Below are positions 27,945-45,815 of a DNA stretch of 64,000 bases, in pieces. A program made the translations under genes and the position numbers. The notes beneath the pieces were generated by a model. The model worked only from the letters and a program-made list of their open reading frames with translations, ran no database searches and was not told the origin of the DNA. Source of the stretch: the human T2T-CHM13v2.0 reference genome, Homo sapiens; the NCBI RefSeq assembly GCF_009914755.1, contig NC_060932.1; one strand, written 5' to 3'. Positions within the stretch are counted from its first letter, which is position 1. Every line of letters begins with the position of its first letter.

Positions 27945-28036
27945 GTTTAGAACCTTGCAATTCTTGCCTTTTCATATTAGATGAGCCATGTACCAGTGGG
28001 CCAGGGTTCCTGAGTTTTCTTATCCAGATATACCTG

Positions 28037-28336
28037 AGCGGGGCGCGGTGGCTCACGCCTGTAATTCCAGCACTTTGGGACACCAAGGCAGGTGGATCAC
28101 GAGGTCAGGAGATCGAGACCATCCTGACCAACATGATGAAACCCAATCTCTACTAAAAGTATAAAAATTAGCTGGGCGTGGTGGCACATGCCTGTAATCC
28201 CAACTACTCGAGAGGCTGAAGCAGGAGAATTGCTCGACCAGAACCAGTGAGTTGGAGGTTGCAGTGAGCCGAGATTGTGCCATTGCACTCCAGCCTGGTG
28301 GCAGAGTGAGACTCTGCCTCAAAAAAAAAAAAAAAA
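28037..28336 (+). mobile_element. AluSc-like
   Basis: GGATCACGAGGTCAGGAGATCGAGACCATCCTG diagnostic; A-tail; small insertion in the right arm. Confidence 0.94.
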
Positions 28337-28349
28337 GATGTATCATGTA

Positions 28350-28835
28350 TCTGTCAGGGTGCAGTCAGGAAATAAAGACTCATAGTTCATAGCAAGTAGC
28401 TTATTAAAGGACATTTAATACAGAAAGACAGTTATAGATATGGTTTCAAAAAAAAACTAAAAACATGGAATTGACTGCTTCAGAATGACACTCCTACCCC
28501 TAGGACTGAGTGATAAAGGATGGGGTGGTTTTACCAGTGCCAACCTATGGAGCAGGGATCTGTGAGGAGGACTCACTCAGCGGGAGCTTCGACTCTAGAA
28601 GGAAGGTTAAGCAGCAGATTTTGGAATCACAAAGACCCAGCCACTACTCCAGGTAGCACCAAAGCTGAGACAGAAGGAGAGGACACCATAGTTTCTCCTT
28701 TTCTGGTTTCACTCTTATCTCAGTGTCCCTCATTGGTCAAGCCCAGTGGAAATTTAGGAGCCAGGGAGGCCTGGAAAATGTAGTTTTCGGGAGTCAGATT
28801 CCTGCAAAATAGAGCGGAGCAGTCAAGGAAGTGGA
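28350..28835 (-). mobile_element. Ancient LTR remnant (LTR78/79-like, tentative)
   Basis: TGTCAGGGTGCAGTCAGGAAA start and CATTGGTCAAGCCCAGTGGAA...GGAGCCAGGGAGGCCTGGAAAATGTAG resemble ancient mammalian LTRs. Confidence 0.4.
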
Positions 28836-29324
28836 GTCAACTGAGAGAAAGAGGCATATGACAAGTGCAGCTGGTATGTGACTTTGGACAAGACACTTCA
28901 GCAATCTCGGGTCTCAGCTCCCTCAGGTGCAAAACTGAGAAGCCATTTATTTGTTGTGAAGCTATTACATGGACTTCCCTAAAACAACATATTCTAACCC
29001 ATGTAATGTATAAGCCCACGAGACAGCAGATGCTGCATTTGTCCATGGACACTGTTCTTGACAATACTTTCCTTCTGTTTTCTTCCAGGCCCACTCCTTA
29101 CCCTTCAACCCTTCCTTGTTCTGACTACAGCTATGATCACTTGAAAATCTACTGACAGGCTAAGCCTCCCCACAACTAGTATGTACCATCTTACAGCTCA
29201 TTAGAGTAAATAAGGATCTTACAGTTCTTAAGCATTAAACTTGAAGACAAGCCTTCATTTAGTTTTGTTCCTCCTTTTCTTGGTTTTGGTACTTTGAGCC
29301 TCTGGATTAGGCCTTTGAATCTGA

Positions 29325-29694
<370 letters not shown>

Positions 29695-30689
29695 CAGAGC
29701 TTCACTTTCATTAGGACTAGCATGCTGCTCCCATTTTTAACATTTTTGTCCTTTTTCTATGACTGCACCAGAGATTAAAATTGAAAATTTAAATCACAAA
29801 CAAGTAATAGAGATCCTCCTTCCTGCTGAGAGAGATTGGTAAGCTACTATATTTCTGAACTTCCAAATCATTTCACATTCTAGATGTCAAGTTTCACTAT
29901 GGGCCAAAAAAAAATTCTTTTTATTATTTGTTAGATGTTTGCAAAATTACTAGATCTATTTGGTCAGCTCAAGACTGGTTAAGAAAACTCAAGTAAACTA
30001 GTCACTATGACATAACGGGAAAGTGCAGTCCTCATGGGAGGTGCAAGTTTCCAGGGAGGCCAAGAGCAGAAAGACATTTATTCTATCTGTAATGGTGAGT
30101 GGGACATTCAAGAAAGACTGGGCAGATGGACTTAGTATTGGAGATGAACATTTTAAAAATGAGGCTTACTCATTTTGAGACAGGGAGAAAAAGTATTATT
30201 CCAGACTGAAACAATAGCATACGCAAAGGTACAAATGTATGATTGGGCATAAATTGTTGAAAAAATGATGAGCAACCGACATAACTGGAAACAAGCTCTA
30301 CTCTAGTTTCATCGTTCTGTTTTCCCAATGACTCAGATTCTGCAGATAATTTGTATTTTTAAGAGCAATCCACTTGGTTTTCTAAGCCCTTTCTGATAGA
30401 AGGGAATAAATATGAGATGAGATTTATATTGAACACTTCCAATATCCAAGCCTTCTCATAACAGATAGATTCACAGAAGGTTCCCCTGCTCTTCCCCTTT
30501 GCCTCCAGCCCCACCCTTATCTAAATGGCTGTATTGAACACTACTGAGTTTGAGGTGTCTCCCTGTTTCTCTTTATTACATGCTTCTCTAATTTCTGGGA
30601 GTGACGCTCTGCTTGTGTCCTTCTTTGCAACCCAGATCTTCTTTAGAATCTTGGCTTTCATGTTAGATGGGTTTTTGTCAAGACAATAC

Positions 30690-33160
30690 ATATATATTAT
30701 ATATAATCTAACTATATATATATACATCCTGGAGAAAATAAGCACAATTATACATATTTTATATATAATATAAAAATGTATACATATAATTGTGCTTGTT
30801 TAGTATAAATACATATTTCTATTATATAATATATAATGTATAATATATAGTATATGTTATATATTTTATATGTATAATATATAGTATATGTTATACGTTT
30901 TATATGTATAATATATAGTATATGTTATACGTTTTATATGTATAATATATAGTATATGTTATACGTTTTATATGTATAATATATAGTATATGTTATACGT
31001 TTTATATGTATAATATATAGTATATGTTATACGTTTTATATGTATAATATATGTTATACGTTTTATATGTATAATATAGAATATATGTTATATGTTTTAT
31101 ATGTATAATATATAATATATATGATATGTTTTATATGTATAATATATAATATATGTGATATGTTTTATATGTATAATATATAATATGTGATATGTTTTAT
31201 ATGTATAATATATAATATATATGTGATATGTTTTATATGTATAATATATAATATATATGTGATATGTTTTATATGTATAATATATAATATATATGTGATA
31301 TGTTTTATATGTATAATATATAATATATATGTGATATGTTTTATATTATACATGTTATATGTTTTATATGTATAATATATTATACATGTTATATGTTTTA
31401 TATGTATAATATATAATATATATTCTGTGTTTTATATGTATAATATATAATATATATTCTATATGTTTTATATGTATAATATATAATATATATTCTATAT
31501 GTTTTATATGTATAATATATAATATATATTCTATATGTTTTATATGTATAATATATAATATATATTCTATATGTTTTATATGTATAATATATAATATATA
31601 TTCTATATGTTTTATATGTGTAATATTAATATATATTATATGTTTTATATGTGTAATATATAATATATATTGTATATGTTTTACATGTGTAATATATAAT
31701 ATATATTGTATATGTTTTACATGTATAATATATAATATATATTGTATATGTTTTACATGTATAATATATAATATATAGTATATGTTTTACATGTATAATA
31801 TATAATATATATTGTATATGTTTTACATGTATAATATATAATATATATTGTATATGTTTTACATGTATAATATATAATATATATTGTATATGTTTTACAT
31901 GTATAATATATAATATATAGTATATGTTTTACATGTATAATATATAATATATATTGTATATGTTTTACATGTATAATATATAATATATATTGTATATGTT
32001 TTACATGTATAATATATAATATATATTGTATATGTTTTACATGTATAATATATAATATATTGTATGTTTTACATGTATAATATATAATATATATTGTATA
32101 TGTTTTATACGTATAATATATAATATATATTGTATATGTTTTACATGTATAATATATAATATATAGTATATGTTTTACATGTATAATATATAATATATAG
32201 TAAATGTTTTACATGTATAATATATAATATATATTGTATATGTTTTACATGTATAATATATAATATATATTGTATGTTTTACATGTATAATATATAATAT
32301 ATTGTATATGTTTTACATGTATAATATATACTATATATTGTATATGTTTTATACATATAATATATAATATATTATATATGTTTTATACGTATAACATATA
32401 ATATATATTGTATATGTTTTATACGTATAACATATAATATATATTGTATATGTTTTATACGTATAACATAATATATATTGTATATGTTTTATACGTATAA
32501 CATATAATATATATTGTATATGTTTTATACGTATAACATATATTATATATTGTATATGTTTTATACGTATAACATATATTATATATTGTATATGTTTTAT
32601 ACGTATAACATATATATTGTATATGCTTTATAAGTATAACATATATTATATATTGTATATGTTTTATACGTATAACATATATTATATATTGTATATGTTT
32701 TTACGTATAACATATATTATATATTGTATATGTTTTATATGTATAACATATATTATATATTGTATATGTTTTATACGTATAATATATATTATATATTATA
32801 TATGTTTTATATGTATATTATGTATTATATATGTTTTATATGTATAATATATTATGTATTATATGTGTTTTATATGTATATTATGTATTATATATATTTT
32901 ATAGGTATAATATATTATGTATTATATATATTTTATAGGTATAATATATTATGTATTATATATATTTTATAGGTATAATATATTATGTATTATATATATT
33001 TTATAGGTATAATATATTATGTATTATATATATTTTATATGTATAATATATTATGTATTATATATATTTTATATGTATATTATGTATTATATGTTTATAT
33101 GCATAATATATAATATATATTATATATATTTATATGTATAATATATATTTATATATATAT
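30690..33160. repeat. AT-rich minisatellite, ~36-bp unit, ~2.4 kb
   Basis: Unit e.g. TATTCTATATGTTTTATATGTATAATATATAATATA (period 36: TTCT at 31457 and 31493); regular array from ~30835 to ~33100. Confidence 0.97.
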
Positions 33161-33831
33161 TCCTTTAGAGCTCAGGGCATTTCAAATAATCTCAATAAAT
33201 CTTTTTCTTGTATCTCAGTGGTCAATCAATAAAATGATACCTCTTAAAAACTGTCCTGGGTTTTATTTGCAGCCGGATCAGTGGTAGATTGGAACTATTG
33301 CCTTTCACAGTGAGACAATATGTCACAGCTGGCAGCACTCCTAGATGCAGGGTACCTGCCTCCCTTGCAATCTGTGTCATGTTGATCTGAGGCCTGTTCT
33401 TGAACTTGGAGCTTTAATTTCGACTGTTTGTCCATAGATGTGAAAAATAAGACGTGTAAGCATTCTCCCAAGAGATATAAATAGAAATTCCATATAGAAA
33501 ATGCGATTTGCTGTCTCAGTTTTACCCTGGACTTTCCTATATTCCCTAATTGCGCACATCAATGTGGCCTTACTTACAGGTTCAGCTCCATCTGAATTTT
33601 TGGTCCTAGTGTAAAGAATATCAAGGGCTGGTGAAGACAACAAGAACATATATATCATCTCAAAGTTATAGTATCTCTTACCATGGCTGAAACACACATA
33701 AAAGATAGTAAAAACAAAAAACAACCTTCTAACTGTTGAAGCTACTATATCCTAGTGCTGCATATATTCACAGTGAATTCTTATATGATACAGAGAAGAC
33801 TGTGCTATTATCTTCATGTAAAGAAAATACA

Positions 33832-34026
33832 TGTATCTTTGTCCATGTGGGTTGCTATAACAAACCCTTTAAGCTGGGTAATTTATAAGGGCACTAATCC
33901 CACTCAGGAGGGCTCTGCCCTCCGGAACTAATCTCCTTTCAAAGCCCCACGTCCTAATACCATCACTTTGGTGATTAGGTTTCAACATAGGAATTCTGAG
34001 GGGACACAAACATTTAGAGAATAGGA
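33832..34026 (-). mobile_element. Internally deleted MLT1A-type MaLR LTR
   Basis: Both termini present (TGTATCTTTGTCCATGTGGGTTGCTATAACAAA and GGGGACACAAACATT..AGA.AATAG) but joined at TTATAA. Confidence 0.75.
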
Positions 34027-35054
34027 CCATGATAAATTAATTAAAGCTTAGTGGGATTAGGAAAATACCAGTTCATATCACCAGTAAGAAAGATGTAAGG
34101 ATTGAAATCTGAGTCTGATTCCAAGTGTGGATTTCTCCCCAATAGAAAATTCTGCCCCATGACTCAGAATCCTCTTTAACTTGACCAAGTTCAAAGAAAG
34201 TGGTGCTTCTCTGAAAAGGAGGATAGTAGAGCTCTTGCTCTCCAACATGAGTAGAGCTTTGCCAAAAACATGGCACATGCATCCTGTAGATCATTATAAG
34301 CTAGACATTGTTTTTCCCCGTTTATAGATAAAAAAGCTGAGGCTCAGAGAACTTAAGAAAGTCCCAGTGAATTACATTAAGTGTAGGTTCCTGAATTTCA
34401 TAAACTATTTGATTCTAGTGTTATTCTACTTCCATTCCACTTCACTGAACTTCATCAGGGATGTGTTATTATTAAAGATTTTTGAAGAGTTTTTTTTGTT
34501 ACTTGATCTGATTTATTTTTATTTTTGCCAGAAAGTAGCAAATTGACTAAATTCAAGGACATTTTTGCCATCTCCAAAACACAGCCTAGAAAATCTAGGC
34601 CATACTCAGATTGCTTTCCTCAGAGGACAGAAGTCTTACAACCCATTACTAACACAATCACAGTGGGAGACGTTTGTAGCTTTAAGTGTAAGGAAGGGTA
34701 ATTAAAACGTTGTTGGGTATGCATTTTTTTTTCATTTCCCAGAGTTTGTTATATACATACTGTGCCATGAGCATCTTCTGTTGCCCTGCAGGATATATGA
34801 ACATCCTAATTTGTTAGGGCTGTGATTTTGCTTGGAATTTTGATGAACTGCTTTAGAACCTTTGAGCTCTGTACTCTGTTTGAGGGCTATGGGCACAGCT
34901 CCCCCATGCATTCACAGCCAACCCACAGCGCTTATGACCAGTGACAGCTCATTTTTATTCAGCTCTTCTCTGATTCTTCACAAAACTCTAAAACAACTGA
35001 GGCCTTTAGTTATTCAGGCCCCGAGTTTTGTTCTATTTTCCAAATGTAAGTGTT

Positions 35055-35446
35055 TGCTGTGGACTGAATTGCGTCTCCCCTTCATATGTTGAAGTGTAAA
35101 ATCCCAATGTAACTGTATTGCAAGTTAGAGATTTTATGGTCATCATTAAAATTAAATAAGGTCATAGGGTAGGGCCCTAATCCTATACGACTGGTGTTTT
35201 TATAAGAAGAGAAAGAGACACTAGCGCTTGCTCTCTCTCCACACTGACACAGAAAAAAGGCCGTAAGAGGATAGAGTAAGAACGTGGCTACCTACAAACT
35301 GGAAGGAAAACCCTCATCAGAAGTTTAATTTATCAGAACCTTAATCTTGGATGTCAAGCCTCTTGAACCATGAGAAAATGCATTTCTGTTGCTTAAACCA
35401 CTGAGTCAGTGGTATTTTGTTTTGGCAGCTGATGTAAAGTAATTCA
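35055..35446 (+). mobile_element. MLT1B-like MaLR LTR
   Basis: TGCTGTGGACTGAATTGCGTCTCCCC..TTCATATGTTGAAG...GGGCCCTAATCC...GGTATTTTGTTTTGGCAGC. Confidence 0.85.
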
Positions 35447-35529
35447 GCATCTATATCCTTTTCTAATAAAGAACCATTTTTTACTCCCTCATTAGTAATA
35501 ACTCTTTACTGTATATGACAGCATGTTTT

Positions 35530-35835
35530 CACTTCTTAATGTTCCAGCTCAGCGTCCCCTCCTCTAAGAGGCCTTGCTGTTCTTCCTGGGCTGGGTGACT
35601 TGGCCTTCTATGTGTTCTCTGCAAAGCTTGGCACAGAGTCTTTCCAGTCACCACCATGGACAGTGGTTGGAGTAATTGGTTTTCACATATTTATCCCCCA
35701 TTAAACTATGACTTCTCGTAGGTGCAGACAAGATTTTGCTCCTTTTCAAATCCCCAAAGTAAAAACAAACAAACGAACAAACAAAAACATTATTTGGCAC
35801 ATTACAGCACTCAGTACATTTGAACAAATAAATGA
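35530..35835 (+). mobile_element. L2 3' end remnant
   Basis: CAGCTCAGCGTCCCCTCCTCTAAGAGGCCTT...TTTGGCACAT...GCACTCAGTACATTTGAACAAATAAATGAAT. Confidence 0.55.
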
Positions 35836-36736
35836 ATTTACATTTTTGCTTTGAATCCACATAATAAGAAATGTTGCATGTAAACATTAAAGATAATTTT
35901 TAAAAAAACCTAATTCATAGAAGAGATTAGATATTACTTGCTGAAGACCACAGAAAATAAATACTTACATGGATAATGTAAGCCAGGACTATAGACTTTA
36001 ACCCCTTGTCCTTTTTCTGCTCTTTCATTGTGAGTTGTGTTGAATAAAATTTCTGAAACTCATTCATACTATGCTGTAAATGATTCACAAACACCGTGTG
36101 AGGGTGGTTACTTGGTAGTTGGGTGCAGGAATAACAGCACTAACTGCAATAAAATCACATAAAAATTAGCTTTTTTTACAACTGTAAAATATTGATAATA
36201 ATACCACCTCTGCATAGCTCAAAAGTGTGTTGTATGAACAACTGACATAAATAATATAAAAATAGTTTTATTTTCTTTTTTCTGAATATGTCAGGCAAGT
36301 ATAAAATGTAAAATTGTAGGAGTTACTTTTAGATGATCTCTAAGCCTCTTCTGCGTGGAAAATTCTAAGATACAGTTACTTTCTAAAACATAATTGTTGA
36401 TATACCTGAAATGTTTAATATGTTTTATCCTTAAGAAAGGTGAAATAATTTCAAGCATTGCTCTAAGATCTACTTTAAAATCACTGTATTTGTTAAATCC
36501 CTGAGAGATTTTCCACTACCCCCAGACACGGTCTAAGTTCAATATCATAGCACACAGCCTTCATGGTTCAGCAGTCACGTGAATCTAAACTATATCTCCC
36601 AAAAGACTTTTCACCCATCACTTAGTTTATACTTTAGCACTACTCAAGCTCTGGGAGAGGCACGCGACACACCATGCTATTCTATGACAAATTTACACAA
36701 GAATTCTCACTTCTCCATAATATCTAACACAGATAG

Positions 36737-37433
<697 letters not shown>

Positions 37434-37616
37434 AGTTAGAGGCTGAGAGATTTTGTCACCACTAGGTCTGCCCTACAAGAGCTCCTGAAGGAAGCACTAA
37501 ACATGGAAAGGAACAACCAGTACCAGCCACTGCAAAAACATGCCAAATTGTAAAGACCATCGATGCTGGGAAGAAACTGCATCAACTAACGAGCAAAATA
37601 ACCAGCTAACATCATA

Positions 37617-41608
<3,992 letters not shown>

Positions 41609-41859
41609 ACAATGAAAACACATGGTCACAGGAAGGGGAACATCACACACCTGTTGTAGGGTGTTGTTGTTGTAGGGTGAGGGGATGTTGTAGGGTGAGG
41701 GCCTGTTGTAGGGTGAGGGGATGGGGGAGGGATAGCATTAGGAGATATACCTAATGTAAATGATGAGTTAATGGGTACGGCACACCAACTTGGCACATGT
41801 ATACATATGTAACAAACCTGCACGTTGTGCACATGTACCCTAGAACTTAAAGTATAATT

Positions 41860-41964
41860 TTATATATATATATATACACACACATATATATGTGTATATA
41901 TATATACATATATATGTGTATATATGTGTGTGTGTATATATATATATATGTATATATATATATA
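41860..41964. repeat. (TA)n/(CA)n/(TG)n compound microsatellite replacing the L1 poly-A tail
   Basis: Directly visible between AAGTATAAT and the 3' TSD. Confidence 0.95.
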
Positions 41965-42296
41965 AAGAGAAGCAGTGAGTTAGAGGCATCTATAGACAGG
42001 CATAAGCACTCAAACACACCATTACAGAGGGGTGTGATAGGCTAAATAATGCCCTCCAACCAAAAAATGTTCATGTCTTTATGCTGAGAAACAGTGCCTA
42101 TTTTACTTTACATGTCAAAAGAAAACTTTACAGATGTGGTAAGGATCACTGGAGCACTCAGACTCATGAAACAAATATTAGTAGACCTAAAGAGAGAGAT
42201 AGACAGCAATACAGTCATATTGAGGAACTTCAACACCTGACTCACAGCATTAGACACATTGTCTACACAGAAAATTAACAAGAAGACATTGGACCT

Positions 42297-42620
42297 GGCT
42301 GGGTTTGGTGCCTCACACCCATAATTCCAGCACTTTGGGAGGCCAAGGTTGGTGGATCACTTGAGGCCAGTAGTTCAAAACCAGCCTGGCCAACATGGCA
42401 GAACACTGTCTCTACTAAAAATACAAAAAAAAAAAAAAAAAAAATTAGCTGGGTGTGGTGGTGTGCACCTGTAATCCCAGCTACTCTGGTGGCTGAGGCA
42501 CGAGAATCTCTTGAATCCAGGAGGCATTAGGTTAAAGTGAGATGAGACTGTGCCACTGCACTCCAGCTTGGGTGACAGAGTAAGACTCCATCTGAAAAAA
42601 AAAAAAAGTAGAAGAAGAAG
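42297..42620 (+). mobile_element. Alu (Jb/Sz-like) within L1PB
   Basis: Full Alu, expanded middle A-tract, (GAA)n tail; TSD approximately AAGAA(G)ACATTGG. Confidence 0.93.
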
Positions 42621-43651
42621 AAGAAACATTGGCTCTAAATTGGACTTTAAACAAAATGGACCTAACAGACATTTACAGAACACACTAACAATTGCAGAAT
42701 ATACATTCTTTTCATCAGCACATGTAACATTCTCCAAGATAGGCCATATGCTAGGCAACAAAACAAATCTCAATAAATTTTTTAAAAATTGAAATCATAT
42801 TAAGTATCTTCGCAGAGCATAACATAATTAAACTAGAAATCAATACCAAAAAATGCTTTTGAAGCTATACAAATACATGGAAATTAAACAACATGCTACC
42901 GCATGACCATTGGATTAAAAACACTAGTTAAGATGGAAATGGAAAAAAAAAGGACAAATGAAAACACAATATACTAAAACCTGTGGGATACAGCAAAAGC
43001 AGTTATAAGAGGGAAGATTATAGCATTAAATGCTTACATCAAAAAACAAAAAAGGTTACAAAGTCAACATACCTCAGGGAATTAGAAAAGCAAGAAAAGA
43101 CCAAGCCCCAAATTAGCAGAAGAAAAAAAAATGGAAGCAGAACTAAATGAAATTAAAAATAAGAAAACAATAAAAAGGATTAACAAGACAAAAAGTTGGT
43201 TCTTTGAAAAGATAAACAAAGTTGATACAATGCTAGCTCTTACAACCAAAAAGTGAGAAGACCCAAGGAAGCAAAATCAGAAATGAAAAAGGACACATTA
43301 AACTGATTATCACAGAAATTCAAAAGATCATCAGACTATTTTGAACAACTATATGCTTACGAACTAAAAAACCTAGAGGAAATGGATAAATTTCTGGAGA
43401 GATACAACCTTCCAAGATTGAACCAAGAAGAAATAGAAAGCCTGAACAGACCAATAATGAGTAGCAAGATTGAATCAGTAACAAAAAATCTCCTAACAAG
43501 GAAAAGCCCGGGAACAGAGGAATTCACAGCTGAATTTTACCAAACATACAAAAAAGAACTAATAACAATTATCCTGAAACTGTTCCAAAAAATCGAGGAG
43601 ATATGTCTACCTAACTTGTTCTACAAGGCCATTATCACCCTGATATCAAAC

Positions 43652-43679
<28 letters not shown>
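43652..43679. repeat. (CA)14 microsatellite
   Basis: Directly visible within L1PB ORF2. Confidence 0.97.
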
Positions 43680-43683
<4 letters not shown>

Positions 43684-45504
43684 ACAAAAAGAGAAAACTA
43701 CAAACCAGTATCTCTAATGAACATAAACACAAAAATCTTTAGCAAAATACTGGCAAACTGAATCCAACAGCAGATCAGAAAGATAATCCACAATGATCAA
43801 GTGGGTTTTATACTAGAAATGCACAAATGGTTCAACCTATGTAAATCAATAAATGTGATGTATCACATAAATAGAAGAATCAGGTACAAAAAATGATATT
43901 TTCTCAATGGATGCAGAAAAAAGGATTTGATAAAAGTCTGTATCACTTTATGATAAAAACCCTCAAGAAACTAGGCATAGCATAGAAGAAACATACCTCA
44001 AAATAATGAAGGCCATATATGAAAAACCCACAGCTCATATTATACTGAATGGGGAAAATTTCAAAGTATTTCCTCTAAGAACTGAAACAAGACAAGGATG
44101 CCCACTCTCACTAATTGTATTCAACATATACTGATAGACCTTGTCAGGGCAATCAGGCAAGAGAAAGAAATAAAAGATATCTAAATTGGAAAAGAGGGAG
44201 TAAAGTATTCCTGTTTGCCGGTGACATGATTTTATATTTATAAAATCTTAAAGACTCCATCAAAAAAACCTCTTAGATTTAATAAAGGAATTTAGTAAAG
44301 TTGCAGAATGCAAAATTAACGTACAAAAATTAGTCACATTTCTATACACCAATAATGTTCAAGAAGGCAATCTCATTTACAATAGCTACCAAAAAAAAAT
44401 CCAGAGATTAATTTAACCAAGGAGGTGAAGGATCTCTGTAAGAAAAAACTACAAAACACTGATAAAAGAAATTATAGATAACAAAAACAAATGAAAAAAA
44501 TCCCATGATTATGAATCAAAATATTTATATTGTTAAAATGGCCATACTGCCCAAAGCGATGTACAGGTTCAATGCAAACTTGACCAACATACCAGCGTTA
44601 TTTTGCACAGAATTAGAAAGCACAAGCCTAAAATTCACATGGAATCATAAAAGAGCCTGGATACTAAAGCAATCCTGAGCAAAAAGAATAAAGCTGAAGA
44701 CCTCCCATTTTCTGACTTCAAATAATATTATAAATGTATGGTGACCAAAACAGCATGGTAGCGTTATAAAAATAAACAGATCAATGGAACAGAATAAAGA
44801 ATCCAGAAAGAAAGCCATATATTTATGTACAGCCAACTGACCTTTGGCAAAGCTGACAAGAACTTATATTGGGGAAAGGACATCCTTTTCAAAAAAATGA
44901 TGCTGGGAAAATGGGATTACTATATGCAAAAGAATGAAACTGGATCCCTATTTCTTACCACATATAAAAAATCAACTCTAGATAGATTAAAGACTTAAAC
45001 TACGACTCTAAACTACAAAAATATTAGAAGAAAACGCAGGGGAAACTCTTCTCGACATTGGTTTTGGCAAAGAATTTATGACTAAGACCCCAAAAGCAGA
45101 AGCAACGAAACCAAAAATACCCAAATGAGACTTAATTACCTGAAAAGCTTCCACATTGCAAAAGAAACAACAGAGTAAACAGACCAGTAGAATGGGAGAA
45201 AATATTTGTAAACTATTCATCTGACAGGTGGCTAATATCCAGAATACATACAAAACTCAAGCAACTTAACAACCACAACAAAGACAATCCCTTTAAAAAC
45301 TGGGCAAGGGACATTAATAGACACGTTTCAAAAGAAGACATACAAATAACTAATAGATACATAAAAAAATGCTCAGCATCACTAATTAGAGAAATGAAAA
45401 TTAAAACTACAAGGAGATATCATTGTACAACTGTCAGAATGGCCATTATTAAAAAGACAAAAATAAATAACAGATGCTGATGAGGATGTGAAGAAAAGGG
45501 AACC

Positions 45505-45815
45505 TTTTTTTTTTTTTTCTGGAAGAGTATTTCACTCTGTCACCCAGGCTGGAGTGCAGTGGGATGCTCAAGGCTTAGCACAGCCTCGACTTCTTGGGTT
45601 CAAGCAATCCTCCTGCCTCAGCCTCCCAAGTAGTTGAGACTACAGTTGTGCACCACCATGCACAGTTAATTTTTCCTTTTGTTTGTTTGTTTGTTTTGTA
45701 GAGAAATGGTCTCATTATGTTGCCTAGGCTGGTCTTGAACTCCTGTGCTCAAGTGACCCTCCCACCTTAGCCTCTCAAGTGTTGGGGTTGCACATGTAAG
45801 CCACTGAGCCTGGCC
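45505..45815 (-). mobile_element. AluJ within L1PB
   Basis: CAGCCTCGAC..AAGCAATCCTCC and GGTCTCATTATGTTGCCTAGG J-type features; diverged. Confidence 0.92.

Noticed and set aside
30835-33100. CRISPR-like array or repetitive protein ORFs (HIKHITYILYII repeats)
   Set aside because: Units are tandem with no unique spacers; the ORFs are artefacts of a 36-bp AT-rich period.
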